DNA of 56,418 bases from an uncultured Aquificales bacterium (GTDB lineage: Bacteria > Thermosulfidibacterota > Thermosulfidibacteria > Thermosulfidibacterales > Thermosulfidibacteraceae): assembly GCA_964453345.1 (NCBI GenBank), contig CAYVOC010000004.1, forward strand, positions 1 to 56,418. The letters are read 5' to 3'. Below are positions 1-9,876 of the stretch, one piece after another. The translations under genes were made by a program, and so were the position numbers. Under the pieces are notes generated by a model. It saw only the letters and a list, made by a program, of their open reading frames with translations, was not told the origin of the DNA and did not search any database. The first letter of the stretch is position 1. The number at the start of each line of letters is the position of its first letter.

Positions 1-2086
1 CCGCACCGATCTTACCACGCTCGGAGGAAACAATCTGGATGGCGTGGTCGATCTTGGATATGGCCTGTTCCGCATGCTTAACATCAACAACGAGCAAATC
101 ATCTATACCCAAGGAAACAGTATCTATACGACCAATAGAAGTATCCATAGTCTGATTCTGATTGGCACCTATATGGAAGCTAAGAGAACTATCCACTATA
201 TGAATATAAAATTCCTTTACCTCATCACCTGTAAAGTTAAAGGTCTTATGAGTCGGATCCCATGAAACTTTAACTCCAACATCCGGTGTAAACTTAACAT
301 CCACCCCCTTAATAACTCCCCTAAGAGTTCCATCACTAACAGTATCAGAACCTATAAAAGTCAGCTCATGAGCATCATAAACCTTCACTTCTATTTCTGT
401 ATTTGTAGCCTCCTGAACAGTCTCAAGACTCAGAGCTTTCATAAGATTTTCATCGCCACTAAAAGTAATCTCACCCTTCTCACCAGTTAAAGGTGATCTG
501 ATTACTATCGTTCCATTAACAGAAGCTTCACCATTACTAGAAGTATTCTCCAAAGCATTACTAATAAATTCAGCGACGCTTTTATTAACCTGCGAATCCG
601 TCGTTCCAAGACCAAGTCCGTTTACTATAGCATTCCTTATCTTATCAGCAACTTCCCCTATAGTATCATTCCCATCAAGATAAACATCATAACTCTTCGA
701 ACCATTCCACACAGTTAACTTCTGTGGAGTAGATAGTATGAAATTACCATCAGCATCATAGAATTTTGCTATATCTTTCAATCTAGTGCTGGCTATGGCT
801 ACATCTCCCCCGCCTAAAACACTAAATTCAACATCACTTTCACCATGAGTAATCTTTGCATTAGCTGCTGCTCCTTCTGTCCAATTTACTTTAAAGCTTC
901 CAATATCTATATTACCCGAATCATCTACCGATACGAAGGTCACCTCTGTTGCTCCAGCGCTTATCTCATTCCTTATTCTCCAAGTAGGACTCAGCGTCTT
1001 ACCTTTTGAATCCAAAACCTCTATATAACCATCGTATTTTTGACCGCTTTCTCCTTTAGTCACCTGAATGACCATTATATCCCCAGCCTTTAAAGTAGCT
1101 CCCTTAGTAAATATTACTTGCAAGTTCCCAAAATCAGTATACCTATCCAAGTTAACTGCTCCCGAAGTCCCATTGCTTGTTGTCGTATCTGTATACCAAT
1201 CACTGGTTCCACCAGTCTGTGTAACCACTTGATACGCTAAGCTGATACCGGTGCTAGCTTTACCAGAAGAAAGTGCTTTAACAATAACATAACCCATGGT
1301 GGTAGCTTGACTAACCTTCACTTGTGTGTCTCCCTCAGTCCAAGTGCTACCTTCCTGTTTATAACCATCAACAACAGAACCGGCTGAAACGATAGAAGCA
1401 CCAGCCGAATAAAGTCTTATCTTATATCCACCGGTAGGTAAAGCATAAGGATCAGAAAGAGACTCTATTTGAGCTGAGGAACCTGGCTTGTTTAAACCTA
1501 TAGACAATACTCCTTCTTTAATCGTGAAGATATCAGATTGTAAAACCTGATTCTTTCCTGGAGTTGCCTTTACCTTTAGTTTAAAACTACCCTCTACAGC
1601 ATTAGATCTTATAATAACATCCAATTGATTTGGATTATCGGTGCTCCACAACGCCGCTGCATCACCATTGAGGAGTTTTTTAGTGTTAAACTCAGTGGAA
1701 CGAGAAATCCTATCAATCTCCTCTTTCAACTGCTGAACCTCTTTCTGAATTTCAACTCTATCTGTTGCAGTAAGAGTCTCGTTGGACGCCTGAACCGCAA
1801 GCTCCCTCATCCTCTGCAGGATGCCGTGGACTTCGTTGAGGGCTCCCTCAGCGGTCTGGAGCATGGAGATACCATCCTGGGCGTTGAGGCTTGCCCTGTG
1901 CAGACCCTTGATCTGAGCGCGCATCTTCTCGCTGATGGCAAGACCGGATGCGTCATCGGCCGCAGTGTTGATCCTCAAGCCAGAAGCAAGACGCCTCAAG
2001 GACACCTGAAGAGAATCCTGGGCCTTGCCCAACTGAATGTGGGCATCAAGGGCCATAAGATTGGTGTTCACATAAATTCCTGCCAT
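1..2086 (-). CDS. fliC: Large flagellin (>695 aa), 3' end runs off the left edge
   Basis: Translated by hand; absent from the ORF track because there is no stop in the window. N-terminus [16 protein letters not shown]...[30 protein letters not shown]...[35 protein letters not shown]...[12 protein letters not shown]-terminal FHIGANQNQ...[21 protein letters not shown]. Frame open throughout; SD AAGGAGG upstream. Confidence 0.97.
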   Translation of the reverse strand, partial: MAGIYVNTNLMALDAHIQLGKAQDSLQVSLRRLASGLRINTAADDASGLAISEKMRAQIKGLHRASLNAQDGISMLQTAEGALNEVHGILQRMRELAVQASNETLTATDRVEIQKEVQQLKEEIDRISRSTEFNTKKLLNGDAAALWSTDNPNQLDVIIRSNAVEGSFKLKVKATPGKNQVLQSDIFTIKEGVLSIGLNKPGSSAQIESLSDPYALPTGGYKIRLYSAGASIVSAGSVVDGYKQEGSTWTEGDTQVKVSQATTMGYVIVKALSSGKASTGISLAYQVVTQTGGTSDWYTDTTTSNGTSGAVNLDRYTDFGNLQVIFTKGATLKAGDIMVIQVTKGESGQKYDGYIEVLDSKGKTLSPTWRIRNEISAGATEVTFVSVDDSGNIDIGSFKVNWTEGAAANAKITHGESDVEFSVLGGGDVAIASTRLKDIAKFYDADGNFILSTPQKLTVWNGSKSYDVYLDGNDTIGEVADKIRNAIVNGLGLGTTDSQVNKSVAEFISNALENTSSNGEASVNGTIVIRSPLTGEKGEITFSGDENLMKALSLETVQEATNTEIEVKVYDAHELTFIGSDTVSDGTLRGVIKGVDVKFTPDVGVKVSWDPTHKTFNFTGDEVKEFYIHIVDSSLSFHIGANQNQTMDTSIGRIDTVSLGIDDLLVVDVKHAEQAISKIDHAIQIVSSERGKIGA

Positions 2087-2088
2087 GG

Positions 2089-2133
2089 CTCAACCTCCTT
2101 GTTGAGTTTTTTCTGGGGACTTCCCTGTCCCCA
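2089..2133 (-). promoter_or_regulatory. Two CsrA-type ANGGA hairpins in the flagellin 5' UTR, the second covering the SD
   Basis: mRNA GGGGAC-AGGGAA-GUCCCC (2115-2132) and CUCAAC-AAGGAG-GUUGAG (2089-2106): perfect 6-bp stems with GGA in the loop. Confidence 0.75.
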
Positions 2134-2139
2134 ACTCTT

Positions 2140-2166
2140 AAATCGTCAAAACTTTCTGGGGCTTTA
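2140..2166 (-). promoter_or_regulatory. Putative proximal sigma28 promoter of fliC
   Basis: TAAA-N15-GACGATTT versus consensus TAAA-N15-GCCGATAA. Confidence 0.6.
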
Positions 2167-2242
2167 GCCCCTCACAAAATCTTTCTCTCTCCCCTATCAC
2201 CTCCCTTCCCTCTTTTTTTGCCGCCAGCGCCTTCACTTTTTA

Positions 2243-2269
2243 CTATCGGAATCCTCCCCTCGCACTTAA
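2243..2269 (-). promoter_or_regulatory. Putative distal sigma28 promoter of fliC
   Basis: TTAA-N15-TCCGATAG; the -35 overlaps the stop codon of the glcF-like gene. Confidence 0.65.
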
Positions 2270-3234
2270 GAGACCGCATCGAGTATGTGGGCAACCCTTA
2301 TCCCCGCCCTCAAAACCCCTGAAACCCTGCGCAACTGCAGGACACACGCCGGACACGAGGTATAGATGACAGAGGCCCCCTTTCCCAGAGCCTCCCTTAT
2401 CCTCAATGCCCCTACCTCAAAGGATGATTCCCCGCTTCCACCGAATCCACAACAGACAGGACTCATCGGCTTTAGCCCCATCCTTTCAAGAACAGCCCCC
2501 ACATCTATCCCCTGCCCCCTGTGCAGATGACAGGGCACATGGAACACGGCTCTTTTCTCATGATGCAGATCCAGTATTTCGCGATACCCAATCAGCAGCT
2601 CCACAAAATCCAGAACCCTGCCTTCCCACCCGTAGCCCCTTTTAAGGTAGGAGGCACACGTGGAGCAGAGCGTCACAATGGCATCGTATTTGGCAAAGAC
2701 TCTATCATTTCGCCTCTTTCTATGGTTGGCGGCCGAAAAATCCCCCTTCGCCTCAAAGGGAAAACCGCAGCAGACCTGCTCCTCCGGAACCTCCACCCTG
2801 TATCCCAGATTCACAAGGAGAGCGGACAGCCTATCCACCCATCCCCTGAAAAACTCCCCCACAAGGCACCCCACAAAGATGGCGCACACTTTGGAAGAAG
2901 AGCCCGCTCTTCTTTTCCGAACCGGAACAAGCTCGTGCACCCCAACAAAGGCACGGGATAAGCTATCCGAAGTCCCCTTTGTAAAGGCCCTCGATCTTTT
3001 AACCCACTTTGTTACAGGAACATACTGGGGACACAGCTCCTCACAAGCCATGCACAAAAGGCAGGTGTCAAAGGCTTCAGATGCATCGGCCGCCCGAACT
3101 TCCCCTTTCTCAACAAGCTCGGCAAGATGAACTCTGCCCCTGGGCGAGAGGTGCTCCTCCCTCGTTATAGAATACACGGGGCAGACAGCCTTGCACTTTC
3201 CGCATTTCACGCACACACCGCCGAAGGTAGGCAT
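2266..3234 (-). CDS. glcF: GlcF-like Fe-S oxidoreductase subunit (2x[4Fe-4S] plus two CCG domains)
   Basis: CVKCGKCKAVCP, SPRGR, CLLCMACEELCP, QVCCG, HVPCHL, VCCGFGG, TSCPAC. Start reassigned to ATG 3234 (MPTFGG) after SD AGGGGGAG. Confidence 0.85.
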   Translation of the reverse strand: MPTFGGVCVKCGKCKAVCPVYSITREEHLSPRGRVHLAELVEKGEVRAADASEAFDTCLLCMACEELCPQYVPVTKWVKRSRAFTKGTSDSLSRAFVGVHELVPVRKRRAGSSSKVCAIFVGCLVGEFFRGWVDRLSALLVNLGYRVEVPEEQVCCGFPFEAKGDFSAANHRKRRNDRVFAKYDAIVTLCSTCASYLKRGYGWEGRVLDFVELLIGYREILDLHHEKRAVFHVPCHLHRGQGIDVGAVLERMGLKPMSPVCCGFGGSGESSFEVGALRIREALGKGASVIYTSCPACVLQLRRVSGVLRAGIRVAHILDAVS

Positions 3235-3288
3235 AACTGCACTCCCCCTTTCTTGACAGCCATAGAATCTTGTGAGAAGCCTAAAATT

Positions 3289-4608
3289 ATGAAGCTGAAA
3301 GAGCAAGAGGCCATCATCCACTCCTACAGCTTCGATGCAACGGGAAAGAGCATCCCTCCCAGGGCTGTGGCCTTTCTCGAGGACACCCGGGATGCAAGAG
3401 AGCTTATTCTTTTTGCAAGAAGCAGAAAAATCCCCATCGTCCCCAGGGGAGCCGGAACGGGATTCGCCGCCGGATGCGTTCCCACGGAAGACGCCATCGT
3501 TGCCACAACGGAGAAGATGGCCCAAATCATCGACATAGACACCCAAAACATGATCGCCCTTGTGGAACCTGGGGTTGTAACAGCCGAGCTTCAAAAGGCC
3601 GCTGAGGAATTTGGACTTATGTATCCTCCTGATCCCTCAAGCTTGGAAACCTGCACCATCGGCGGCAACATAGCAACCAACGCAGGCGGGCCTAAGGCCG
3701 TCAAATACGGGGTCACAAGCGATTATGTTGTGGGTGTGGAAGCGGTGCTGGGAACAGGAGAGATATACAGCCAAATAGAAAGGGTTAAGAAAAACGTTAC
3801 AGGCTACAGGATCCATCAATTACTCGTGGGTTCCGAAGGAACCTTGGGTATAATAACAAAGGCCCTGTTGAAACTTGTGCCAAAGCCCGAAGCAAAAGCC
3901 ACCTTCCTTTTCGCCTTCAGAACCCTGAGAGAAGCGGGAGAGGCCGTTCAGGAAATACTGAAAAACCTGAAACCGAGCGTTCTTGAAATCATGGACTCCA
4001 CAAGCATAGGGTGCGTCAAAAGATACCGCCACATCTCCCTTCCAGAGGGAACAGAAGCCGTTCTGCTTGTGGAACTGGATGGAACAGAAACCGAAGTAAG
4101 GGGTCAAGAGCAGAAGCTGCTAAAAATAGTCCAGACCTTCAAAGCAGAAGTTCAAAGGGCACAGAATGATGGGGAAATCGAATCCATCTGGAAGGTGAGA
4201 AGGGCAATATCACCTTCGCTGTTGAACATCGCCCCCACCAAGATAAACGAGGACATCACCGTTCCCGTATCCCGGCTCGCCGAAGCCCTTGAGGCTTTTA
4301 GAAATGTGGGGAGAAAATACGGCCTTCCCGTGGTGAGCTTTGGACACGCAGGAGACGGCAACATCCACGTCAACATAATGACAGACAAAAACGATCCCCT
4401 TTTATGGGCAAAGGCCCTCAAGGCCACAAAAGAAATATTTATGATAACGGTTTCCTTGGGAGGCGTTCTTTCAGGTGAACACGGAATCGGCACCACCAAA
4501 AGGGAGTTTCTCCCACTTCAGATGCCGAATCAGCAACTCCTCATATACAGAAGATTAAAACACGCCTTCGATCCAGACAACATAATGAATCCCGGCAAAA
4601 AGCTTTAA
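3289..4608 (+). CDS. glcD: GlcD-like FAD-linked oxidase (glycolate/D-lactate dehydrogenase family)
   Basis: PRGAGTG, YPPDPSS, TIGGNIATNAGG, GSEGTLG, GHAGDGNIH, SGEHGIG, DPDNIMNPGK. Start reassigned to ATG 3289 to avoid overlap with glcF. Confidence 0.9.
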   Translation: MKLKEQEAIIHSYSFDATGKSIPPRAVAFLEDTRDARELILFARSRKIPIVPRGAGTGFAAGCVPTEDAIVATTEKMAQIIDIDTQNMIALVEPGVVTAELQKAAEEFGLMYPPDPSSLETCTIGGNIATNAGGPKAVKYGVTSDYVVGVEAVLGTGEIYSQIERVKKNVTGYRIHQLLVGSEGTLGIITKALLKLVPKPEAKATFLFAFRTLREAGEAVQEILKNLKPSVLEIMDSTSIGCVKRYRHISLPEGTEAVLLVELDGTETEVRGQEQKLLKIVQTFKAEVQRAQNDGEIESIWKVRRAISPSLLNIAPTKINEDITVPVSRLAEALEAFRNVGRKYGLPVVSFGHAGDGNIHVNIMTDKNDPLLWAKALKATKEIFMITVSLGGVLSGEHGIGTTKREFLPLQMPNQQLLIYRRLKHAFDPDNIMNPGKKL

Positions 4609-4621
4609 AGGAGTTGAAGCG

Positions 4622-5038
4622 ATGTTCAACTTCTTCAAAAGAATCAGGAAAATAAAGAAAAGCTTCGACAGCCCCGATGGTCCCTTGGGAAGCCTCGAAT
4701 GCATAGAAGGTGCATACGACAGAAGCTGTCCCGAATGCGGCTCCACCTTCATTGAATACACCCTTCTGGAAAGATACCCCACCTACCAAAGCACCTATGA
4801 ACAATATTACAGCATAAGATGTGAGGTAAAATGCCTCTCCTGCGGGCACACATGGATATGCGAAGGGGAATACAAAGAAACAATAGAAGAAGATGAGGAA
4901 GAAAAGGGGCCTGAAAGACAGATGGACGAAGAAATAGAAACCGAGATTGATGAGGAGATAGAGATCGAAGAGGAAACGCAAGAGGAAGAAACAACAGAAG
5001 AATCAGAAGGCGGTATAGAGGAAGAGGATGATCTTTGA
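4622..5038 (+). CDS. Hypothetical C4 zinc-ribbon protein with hyperacidic C-terminal tail
   Basis: SD AAGGAG; CPECG...CLSCGHTW; about 33 of the last 58 residues are D/E. Confidence 0.75.
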   Translation: MFNFFKRIRKIKKSFDSPDGPLGSLECIEGAYDRSCPECGSTFIEYTLLERYPTYQSTYEQYYSIRCEVKCLSCGHTWICEGEYKETIEEDEEEKGPERQMDEEIETEIDEEIEIEEETQEEETTEESEGGIEEEDDL

Positions 5039-5300
5039 TTCGGATTTTGATGAGTGGTGCGAGGTAGCAAGGGTCCAGGGTCTGACAGAGGCGCACATAA
5101 TAAGGGGGCTTCTTGAAAGCAACAGGATACCGGTCAGGCTGATGCACGAGAGTGCGGCCGTTTTATTTGGTATAACCATGAACGGCATAGGGGAGGTCCG
5201 GATACTCGTTCCCCTCCCCTTCAAAGAGTCTGCCTCATCCCTTATTCATCAAGTTCCCCGTTGTGCTCCCCCATGCGAGGGGGAAGAGAGCGAACCGTAG
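5028..5300 (+). CDS. DUF2007-family small protein (putative signal-transducing)
   Basis: EAHIIRGLLESNRIPV...GIGEVRILVP pattern; start overlaps the end of the previous gene. Confidence 0.75.
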   Translation: MIFDSDFDEWCEVARVQGLTEAHIIRGLLESNRIPVRLMHESAAVLFGITMNGIGEVRILVPLPFKESASSLIHQVPRCAPPCEGEESEP

Positions 5301-6354
5301 GGGAAAACTCCCTGAACTTCACAGGGGGCGCTATTGAAAGCGGCTTTCTGCTCTCACCGGGGACATCAAGCTCCCAGATAAGCTCCCGCTGCTTCACATG
5401 GGGATCCTCAAGAACCTCCTTCACCCCCTTCACAGGGGACAGGCACAGCCCCTTCTCCAGAGCGATCTTTTCCCACTCCTCAACGGTCCTTTTCATGAAC
5501 TCCTTCTCGAGCTCCTCCTTCACCCAGGCCTCATCGCTCTGATGGTATGGTATGAGATCTTCCCTGCCTATGGCCCTGCATATATCCTCCCAGAACTTCT
5601 CCTCAAGCCCGGCAACGGCAACAAAGCCATCTTTAGCCCTGTATATGCAGTAGGAAGGGTATCTGCCGGTTGGCCAGGTTTTGCCCCTCTCAGGCGGATA
5701 CCCGAATCCCGCATACTCGGCAACGGGAATGTGAAGCCAGGAAACCACGGTATCAAGCATGGAAACATCGATAAAATCACCCCTGCCCGTTGCCTCCCTT
5801 CTTCTAAGGGCCATAAGTATGGCTATAACCGCCCAGAGGGCCGAACCGAGATCTGCAAGCTGCGTCCCCAGCATGGCGGGCCTGTCGTATCCGGTCAGAT
5901 CAAGAACGCCCCCCAAGGCCACAAAATTGAGATCGTGCCCCGGCATGTGTTTATAGGGAGAGTCCTGTCCAAAACCGCTTATCGAACACCAGACTATCTT
6001 CGGATTGATGGAAGAGATCCTCTCATATCCAAGCCCCAACCTATCCATAACTCCCGGTCTGAAGCTTTCAACCAGAACATCAGCACCCTTAACAAGCCTC
6101 AAAAACTTCTCCCTGTCCTCATCCTTTTTTAGATCAAGCACCACACTCTTCTTATTGCGGTTGAAGGCGTAAAAGATGGCGCTCTCTTTATCCATCATGG
6201 GTTCAAAGGATCTTGCGTAGTCCCCTATTCCCGGAGCCTCCACCTTCACAACCTCGGCACCGAAATCCGCAAGTATCATGGTTGCATAGGGACCTGGCAC
6301 TAACCTTGAAAGATCCACAACCTTTATTCCCTCAAGAGGAAGCTTCATCTCCAC
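5242..6354 (-). CDS. CaiB/BaiF family III CoA-transferase / alpha-methylacyl-CoA racemase-like
   Basis: [57 protein letters not shown]. Confidence 0.93.
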   Translation of the reverse strand: MEMKLPLEGIKVVDLSRLVPGPYATMILADFGAEVVKVEAPGIGDYARSFEPMMDKESAIFYAFNRNKKSVVLDLKKDEDREKFLRLVKGADVLVESFRPGVMDRLGLGYERISSINPKIVWCSISGFGQDSPYKHMPGHDLNFVALGGVLDLTGYDRPAMLGTQLADLGSALWAVIAILMALRRREATGRGDFIDVSMLDTVVSWLHIPVAEYAGFGYPPERGKTWPTGRYPSYCIYRAKDGFVAVAGLEEKFWEDICRAIGREDLIPYHQSDEAWVKEELEKEFMKRTVEEWEKIALEKGLCLSPVKGVKEVLEDPHVKQRELIWELDVPGESRKPLSIAPPVKFREFSPTVRSLPPRMGEHNGELDE

Positions 6355-6757
6355 CCTCCAGCCTTTTTATTATCTCATCCTGCATCTCAAACATCCGCCT
6401 TTTCTCCTCGGGAGTGTAGTCGGTGTATCCCATAAGATGCAGAATGCCGTGAACCACCACAAACCTAAGCTCCTCATCAAAGTCCCTTCCAAAATCCTTG
6501 GCGTTGGCCTCAACCACATCCGGAGCTATTATCACATCTCCCAGGTAATTCCCATCCCCGGGGAAGGCCATCACATCCGTGTAAGCATCAACCCCTCTGA
6601 AATTCCTGTTGTATTCCCTGATGGTCTCCTGATCCACAAAGACCACACTGAGGGAAGCTTCCTCAACCCCCAGCTCCCTCAAAACCGCCTTGACGAACCT
6701 TCTTATATCGCTATGCCTGATCCTTCTTTTTGTCTGGTTTAGAACCGTTACTCCCAT
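6332..6757 (-). CDS. ybeY: rRNA maturation factor YbeY
   Basis: [34 protein letters not shown]; conserved phoH-HD-ybeY context. Confidence 0.92.
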   Translation of the reverse strand: MGVTVLNQTKRRIRHSDIRRFVKAVLRELGVEEASLSVVFVDQETIREYNRNFRGVDAYTDVMAFPGDGNYLGDVIIAPDVVEANAKDFGRDFDEELRFVVVHGILHLMGYTDYTPEEKRRMFEMQDEIIKRLEGGDEASS

Positions 6758-8906
6758 TCTTCTCCTGATCCGGATACTTTATTCTTTTGTGGTAGAAGCT
6801 AATCAGCATCTTAACAAAAACTTCCTGTATTTTCTTCACATCTTTAAAGGTAAGATCGCACTCGTCAAGCTGACCATCCATAAAAATACCGTTGATTATG
6901 GAGGCGACCAGATTCTTTATCTTGGAAGGGGTGGGGTCATCCAGGGATCTGGTAGCAGCCTCCACACAATCGGCAAGCATAACAATCGCCGCCTCCTTGC
7001 TTCTCGGTTTCGGACCGGGATACCTGTATAGGCTCTCGTCCACATCCTCGTCCATCTGCTTGGCCTTGTGGTAGAAGTAGCTTATGAGAGAGGTCCCGTG
7101 ATGCTGCTCTATTATGTCCACAACGCACTTGGGCAGCCCATATTTTCGGGCGAGCTCCACCCCATCCTTCACATGGGAAATGATTATCAGCCTGCTCATG
7201 TTGGGCGAAAGTTTCACATGCATGCTCATACCCATGGTGTTCTCAATGAAATACTTCGGATTCTTCAGCTTGCCTATATCATGGAAGTATCCGCCAACCT
7301 TTGCAAGGATGGGGTTGGCCCCAACCTCCTTGGCGGCGCTTTCGGCAAGTATGCCCACATACATGGAGTGGTTGTAGGTGCCGGGAGCCTCCTCAAGCAG
7401 CCGTTTGAGAAGCGGATGATCAAGGTTGGCCAGCTCAAGCAGGGAAAGATCGGTAATCACACCGAACACCCTCTCAAAAACGGGCAGGGAGGCGAAGGAT
7501 GCAAAGAAAACGGATACACCCGCAAGAAAGGGGGCAAAAAGAACAAACCAGCCCACCTGAAGATCGTATAGCAGAACCCCCGGAACCAAAAGATAAACGG
7601 AAAGCACCCCCCAGAATATTCCCTTAATGAAGGCGTTGGCTCCTCTGCCAACCCGAACCCCGAAACCGGCGCCCAAGGAGGAGAGGGCGACCGCAAAGGG
7701 CATATACAGAAAAGAGGACGGGATAAAGGAGGTAAGAACGGAGGCGTAAAGGATAGGGACGAGCGCTAAGGGAAAGCCGAAAACAAAAACGGACAAAAGT
7801 CCGATCAAAAACAAAGGAGAAGCCATACCCAAGGAAAGCTTCCCAATGAGGGCGTAGGGAGCAAAGACCCTGTTGTAAAGCCAAACAGCCAGTCTTATCA
7901 GCAAGATGGACTCAAAAACCATAAAGAGAAAGAGCCTGTGGGCAGCATACCTGTCTATCCTCCCAGAGGCGTATAACCTCACCCAGAGCAAGCTGAAAAA
8001 GAGGGAGGAAGCAAAGACAAAGACGAACAGGCCCAAAAAACTTCTGCCTATGGGATTAACCTCAAGGTAATCCGAAAGCACCTTTAGCTTGCGGTAAATC
8101 TGCCTTGTTACCCTCTGACCTTCAGAGACTATAAGTTCCCCCTTCCTCAGGCGAATCTTCACCGGTTCCACGGAGGCAAGCTTCTTTTCAAGGTATTTCT
8201 GGGTGAGCACAGCATCGTAGTAGAGCGTCGGTTTAGCCATCTTCTTCATAAGCTCAACCACCGCAGGGGCCAGCTTCTGCATCTCCAAGGGGAAGACCTC
8301 CGACACGAGCCTTTTCACAAGGCCGTCCACCTTGTCTATCGTGAAGATCTTCCCATCAGAAGGGGGAAGGATGTAGCGCTTGAGAAGGGGATCGTATATA
8401 ACTATGGATCTGTCCGATGGCCTGTCCAGAATGTATTGGGAAGACAGGCGCTTCAGCAGCTCAGAGAGATACGATTCAAAGTCAAAGGAAAAGCGCGACT
8501 CCAGAAGCAACTCCAAAGAGTCCTTTGAAAGATCAACCCCCAGTTCGCTCTTCAGTATACTCCTCAACCTGTCAACGGTGAGTTCATCCTTGGTTATAAG
8601 TCCCCTCAAAATGAAGAAGGTGCGGGATAGAGCCTCGTAGGAACTCCTCGCCCAGGATGAATCGAGCCTGTAAACAACGGGAGAAGTGGACTTTATGCGT
8701 TCCCTCAACCTTTCGGTGGCCTCCTCATCCACAACCTCCACATCCACAGGAGAAATAACGGTGATGGGAGAGGGTTTGCCAACGGCCACCCTGCTGAGGA
8801 TGTAGGCCCTAAAGGGGAGAAGGGCCAAGGAGGTAAGCACCGAAAAGAGAAGGCAGGCTACAAGAAACCTTCTATCCAGACTGATTTCAGGGATAAATTT
8901 TCGCAA
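6711..8906 (-). CDS. 7TM-HD phosphohydrolase (PgpH-like, candidate c-di-AMP phosphodiesterase)
   Basis: N-terminal TM, large extracellular domain, multi-TM block, [38 protein letters not shown]. Confidence 0.9.
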   Translation of the reverse strand: MRKFIPEISLDRRFLVACLLFSVLTSLALLPFRAYILSRVAVGKPSPITVISPVDVEVVDEEATERLRERIKSTSPVVYRLDSSWARSSYEALSRTFFILRGLITKDELTVDRLRSILKSELGVDLSKDSLELLLESRFSFDFESYLSELLKRLSSQYILDRPSDRSIVIYDPLLKRYILPPSDGKIFTIDKVDGLVKRLVSEVFPLEMQKLAPAVVELMKKMAKPTLYYDAVLTQKYLEKKLASVEPVKIRLRKGELIVSEGQRVTRQIYRKLKVLSDYLEVNPIGRSFLGLFVFVFASSLFFSLLWVRLYASGRIDRYAAHRLFLFMVFESILLIRLAVWLYNRVFAPYALIGKLSLGMASPLFLIGLLSVFVFGFPLALVPILYASVLTSFIPSSFLYMPFAVALSSLGAGFGVRVGRGANAFIKGIFWGVLSVYLLVPGVLLYDLQVGWFVLFAPFLAGVSVFFASFASLPVFERVFGVITDLSLLELANLDHPLLKRLLEEAPGTYNHSMYVGILAESAAKEVGANPILAKVGGYFHDIGKLKNPKYFIENTMGMSMHVKLSPNMSRLIIISHVKDGVELARKYGLPKCVVDIIEQHHGTSLISYFYHKAKQMDEDVDESLYRYPGPKPRSKEAAIVMLADCVEAATRSLDDPTPSKIKNLVASIINGIFMDGQLDECDLTFKDVKKIQEVFVKMLISFYHKRIKYPDQEKNGSNGSKPDKKKDQA

Positions 8907-8908
8907 AG

Positions 8909-9874
8909 CTACCCATCCTCCTGGGAAGCCCTCTCCTCGTAAGCCTTTATGATCCTGCGCACCAAGGGATGCCTGACAACATCCCTCTCGTCAAAGTAGA
9001 CAAAGGCTATACCCTCAACCCCCTTCAAAACCTCCAAGGCCTCCACAAGCCCGGATTTCATGGTCTTTGGAAGATCTATCTGGGTTATGTCCCCCGTTAT
9101 CACCGCCTTTGAATCAAAGCCGAGCCTCGTCAAAAACATCTTCATCTGCTCACTTGTGGTGTTCTGGGCCTCGTCAAGTATCACGAAGGCGTTGCTCAGG
9201 GTTCTTCCCCTCATGAAGGCAAGGGGAGCCACCTCAACTATGCCCTTCTCCAGAAATCTTTCCGCCCTATCAAAGCCCACAAGATCAAATAGTGCATCGT
9301 AGATCGGCCTGAGATAGGGGCTCACCTTCTCCACCAGATCTCCCGGCAGAAAGCCCAGCTTTTCGCCTGCCTCAACGGCAGGCCTGGTTATGATTATGCG
9401 CTCCACCTCCCTCTTGGTAAGGGCGCTTATGGCCATGGCAACCGCAAGGTAGGTCTTGCCGGTTCCGGCAGGCCCTATTCCGAAGACAATGTCATGCTTC
9501 TTTATGGCGTCCAGGTATTTGCGCTGGTTCTCGCTCTTGGGAGTCACCACCTTCTTTCTGGAGGAGATGTAAATGCCGTCGGAAAAGACCTCCTTTACCC
9601 TGCCCTCACCCTCCTTAACCATCCTGATGGAGAACTCTATGTCGCTCTTTTTGAGGGTGTAACCCTCGGCGAGAAGCCCATATATCTGATCAAGCAGGGC
9701 GGAAACCTTCTCAACATCCCCTTCACTGCCGGTTATGGAAACCCTGCCGCCCCTTGCGGTTATCTTAACGCTGAAATTCTTCTCAATAAGCTTTATGTTT
9801 TCTTCATTCCTGCCAAAGAAGAGATACCACTCCCTATCACTTCTAAACTCAAAATCCTTAACAACCGCTCCCAT
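8909..9874 (-). CDS. phoH: PhoH family ATPase
   Basis: [44 protein letters not shown]. Confidence 0.95.
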   Translation of the reverse strand: MGAVVKDFEFRSDREWYLFFGRNEENIKLIEKNFSVKITARGGRVSITGSEGDVEKVSALLDQIYGLLAEGYTLKKSDIEFSIRMVKEGEGRVKEVFSDGIYISSRKKVVTPKSENQRKYLDAIKKHDIVFGIGPAGTGKTYLAVAMAISALTKREVERIIITRPAVEAGEKLGFLPGDLVEKVSPYLRPIYDALFDLVGFDRAERFLEKGIVEVAPLAFMRGRTLSNAFVILDEAQNTTSEQMKMFLTRLGFDSKAVITGDITQIDLPKTMKSGLVEALEVLKGVEGIAFVYFDERDVVRHPLVRRIIKAYEERASQEDG

Positions 9875-9876
9875 CT

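Noticed and set aside
200-1620. Enzymatic (flagellinolysin-type) domain in the large flagellin core
   Set aside because: Hand translation shows beta-rich Ser/Thr/Gly sequence with no HExxH motif.
44-2167. Plus-strand ORFs 44-265 and 1625-2167
   Set aside because: Antisense shadows of the flagellin gene with no recognisable motifs.
3253-3287. TTGACA with TAGAAT/TAAAAT upstream of glcD as a sigma70 promoter
   Set aside because: Spacers are 4 and 23 nt; neither fits 16-18 nt.
3127-3594. Apparent 468-bp overlap between the 442-aa and 493-aa ORFs
   Set aside because: Artefact of over-extended starts; family homology begins at 3234 (-) and about 3289 (+).
4727-4860. True TFIIS/TFS transcript-cleavage factor
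   Set aside because: Lacks the QxRxADEP acidic hairpin and has a longer inter-knuckle spacing; kept only as a generic zinc ribbon.
4880-5035. GAA/GAG-rich stretch as a tandem repeat or array
   Set aside because: No fixed repeat unit; explained by poly-Glu coding.
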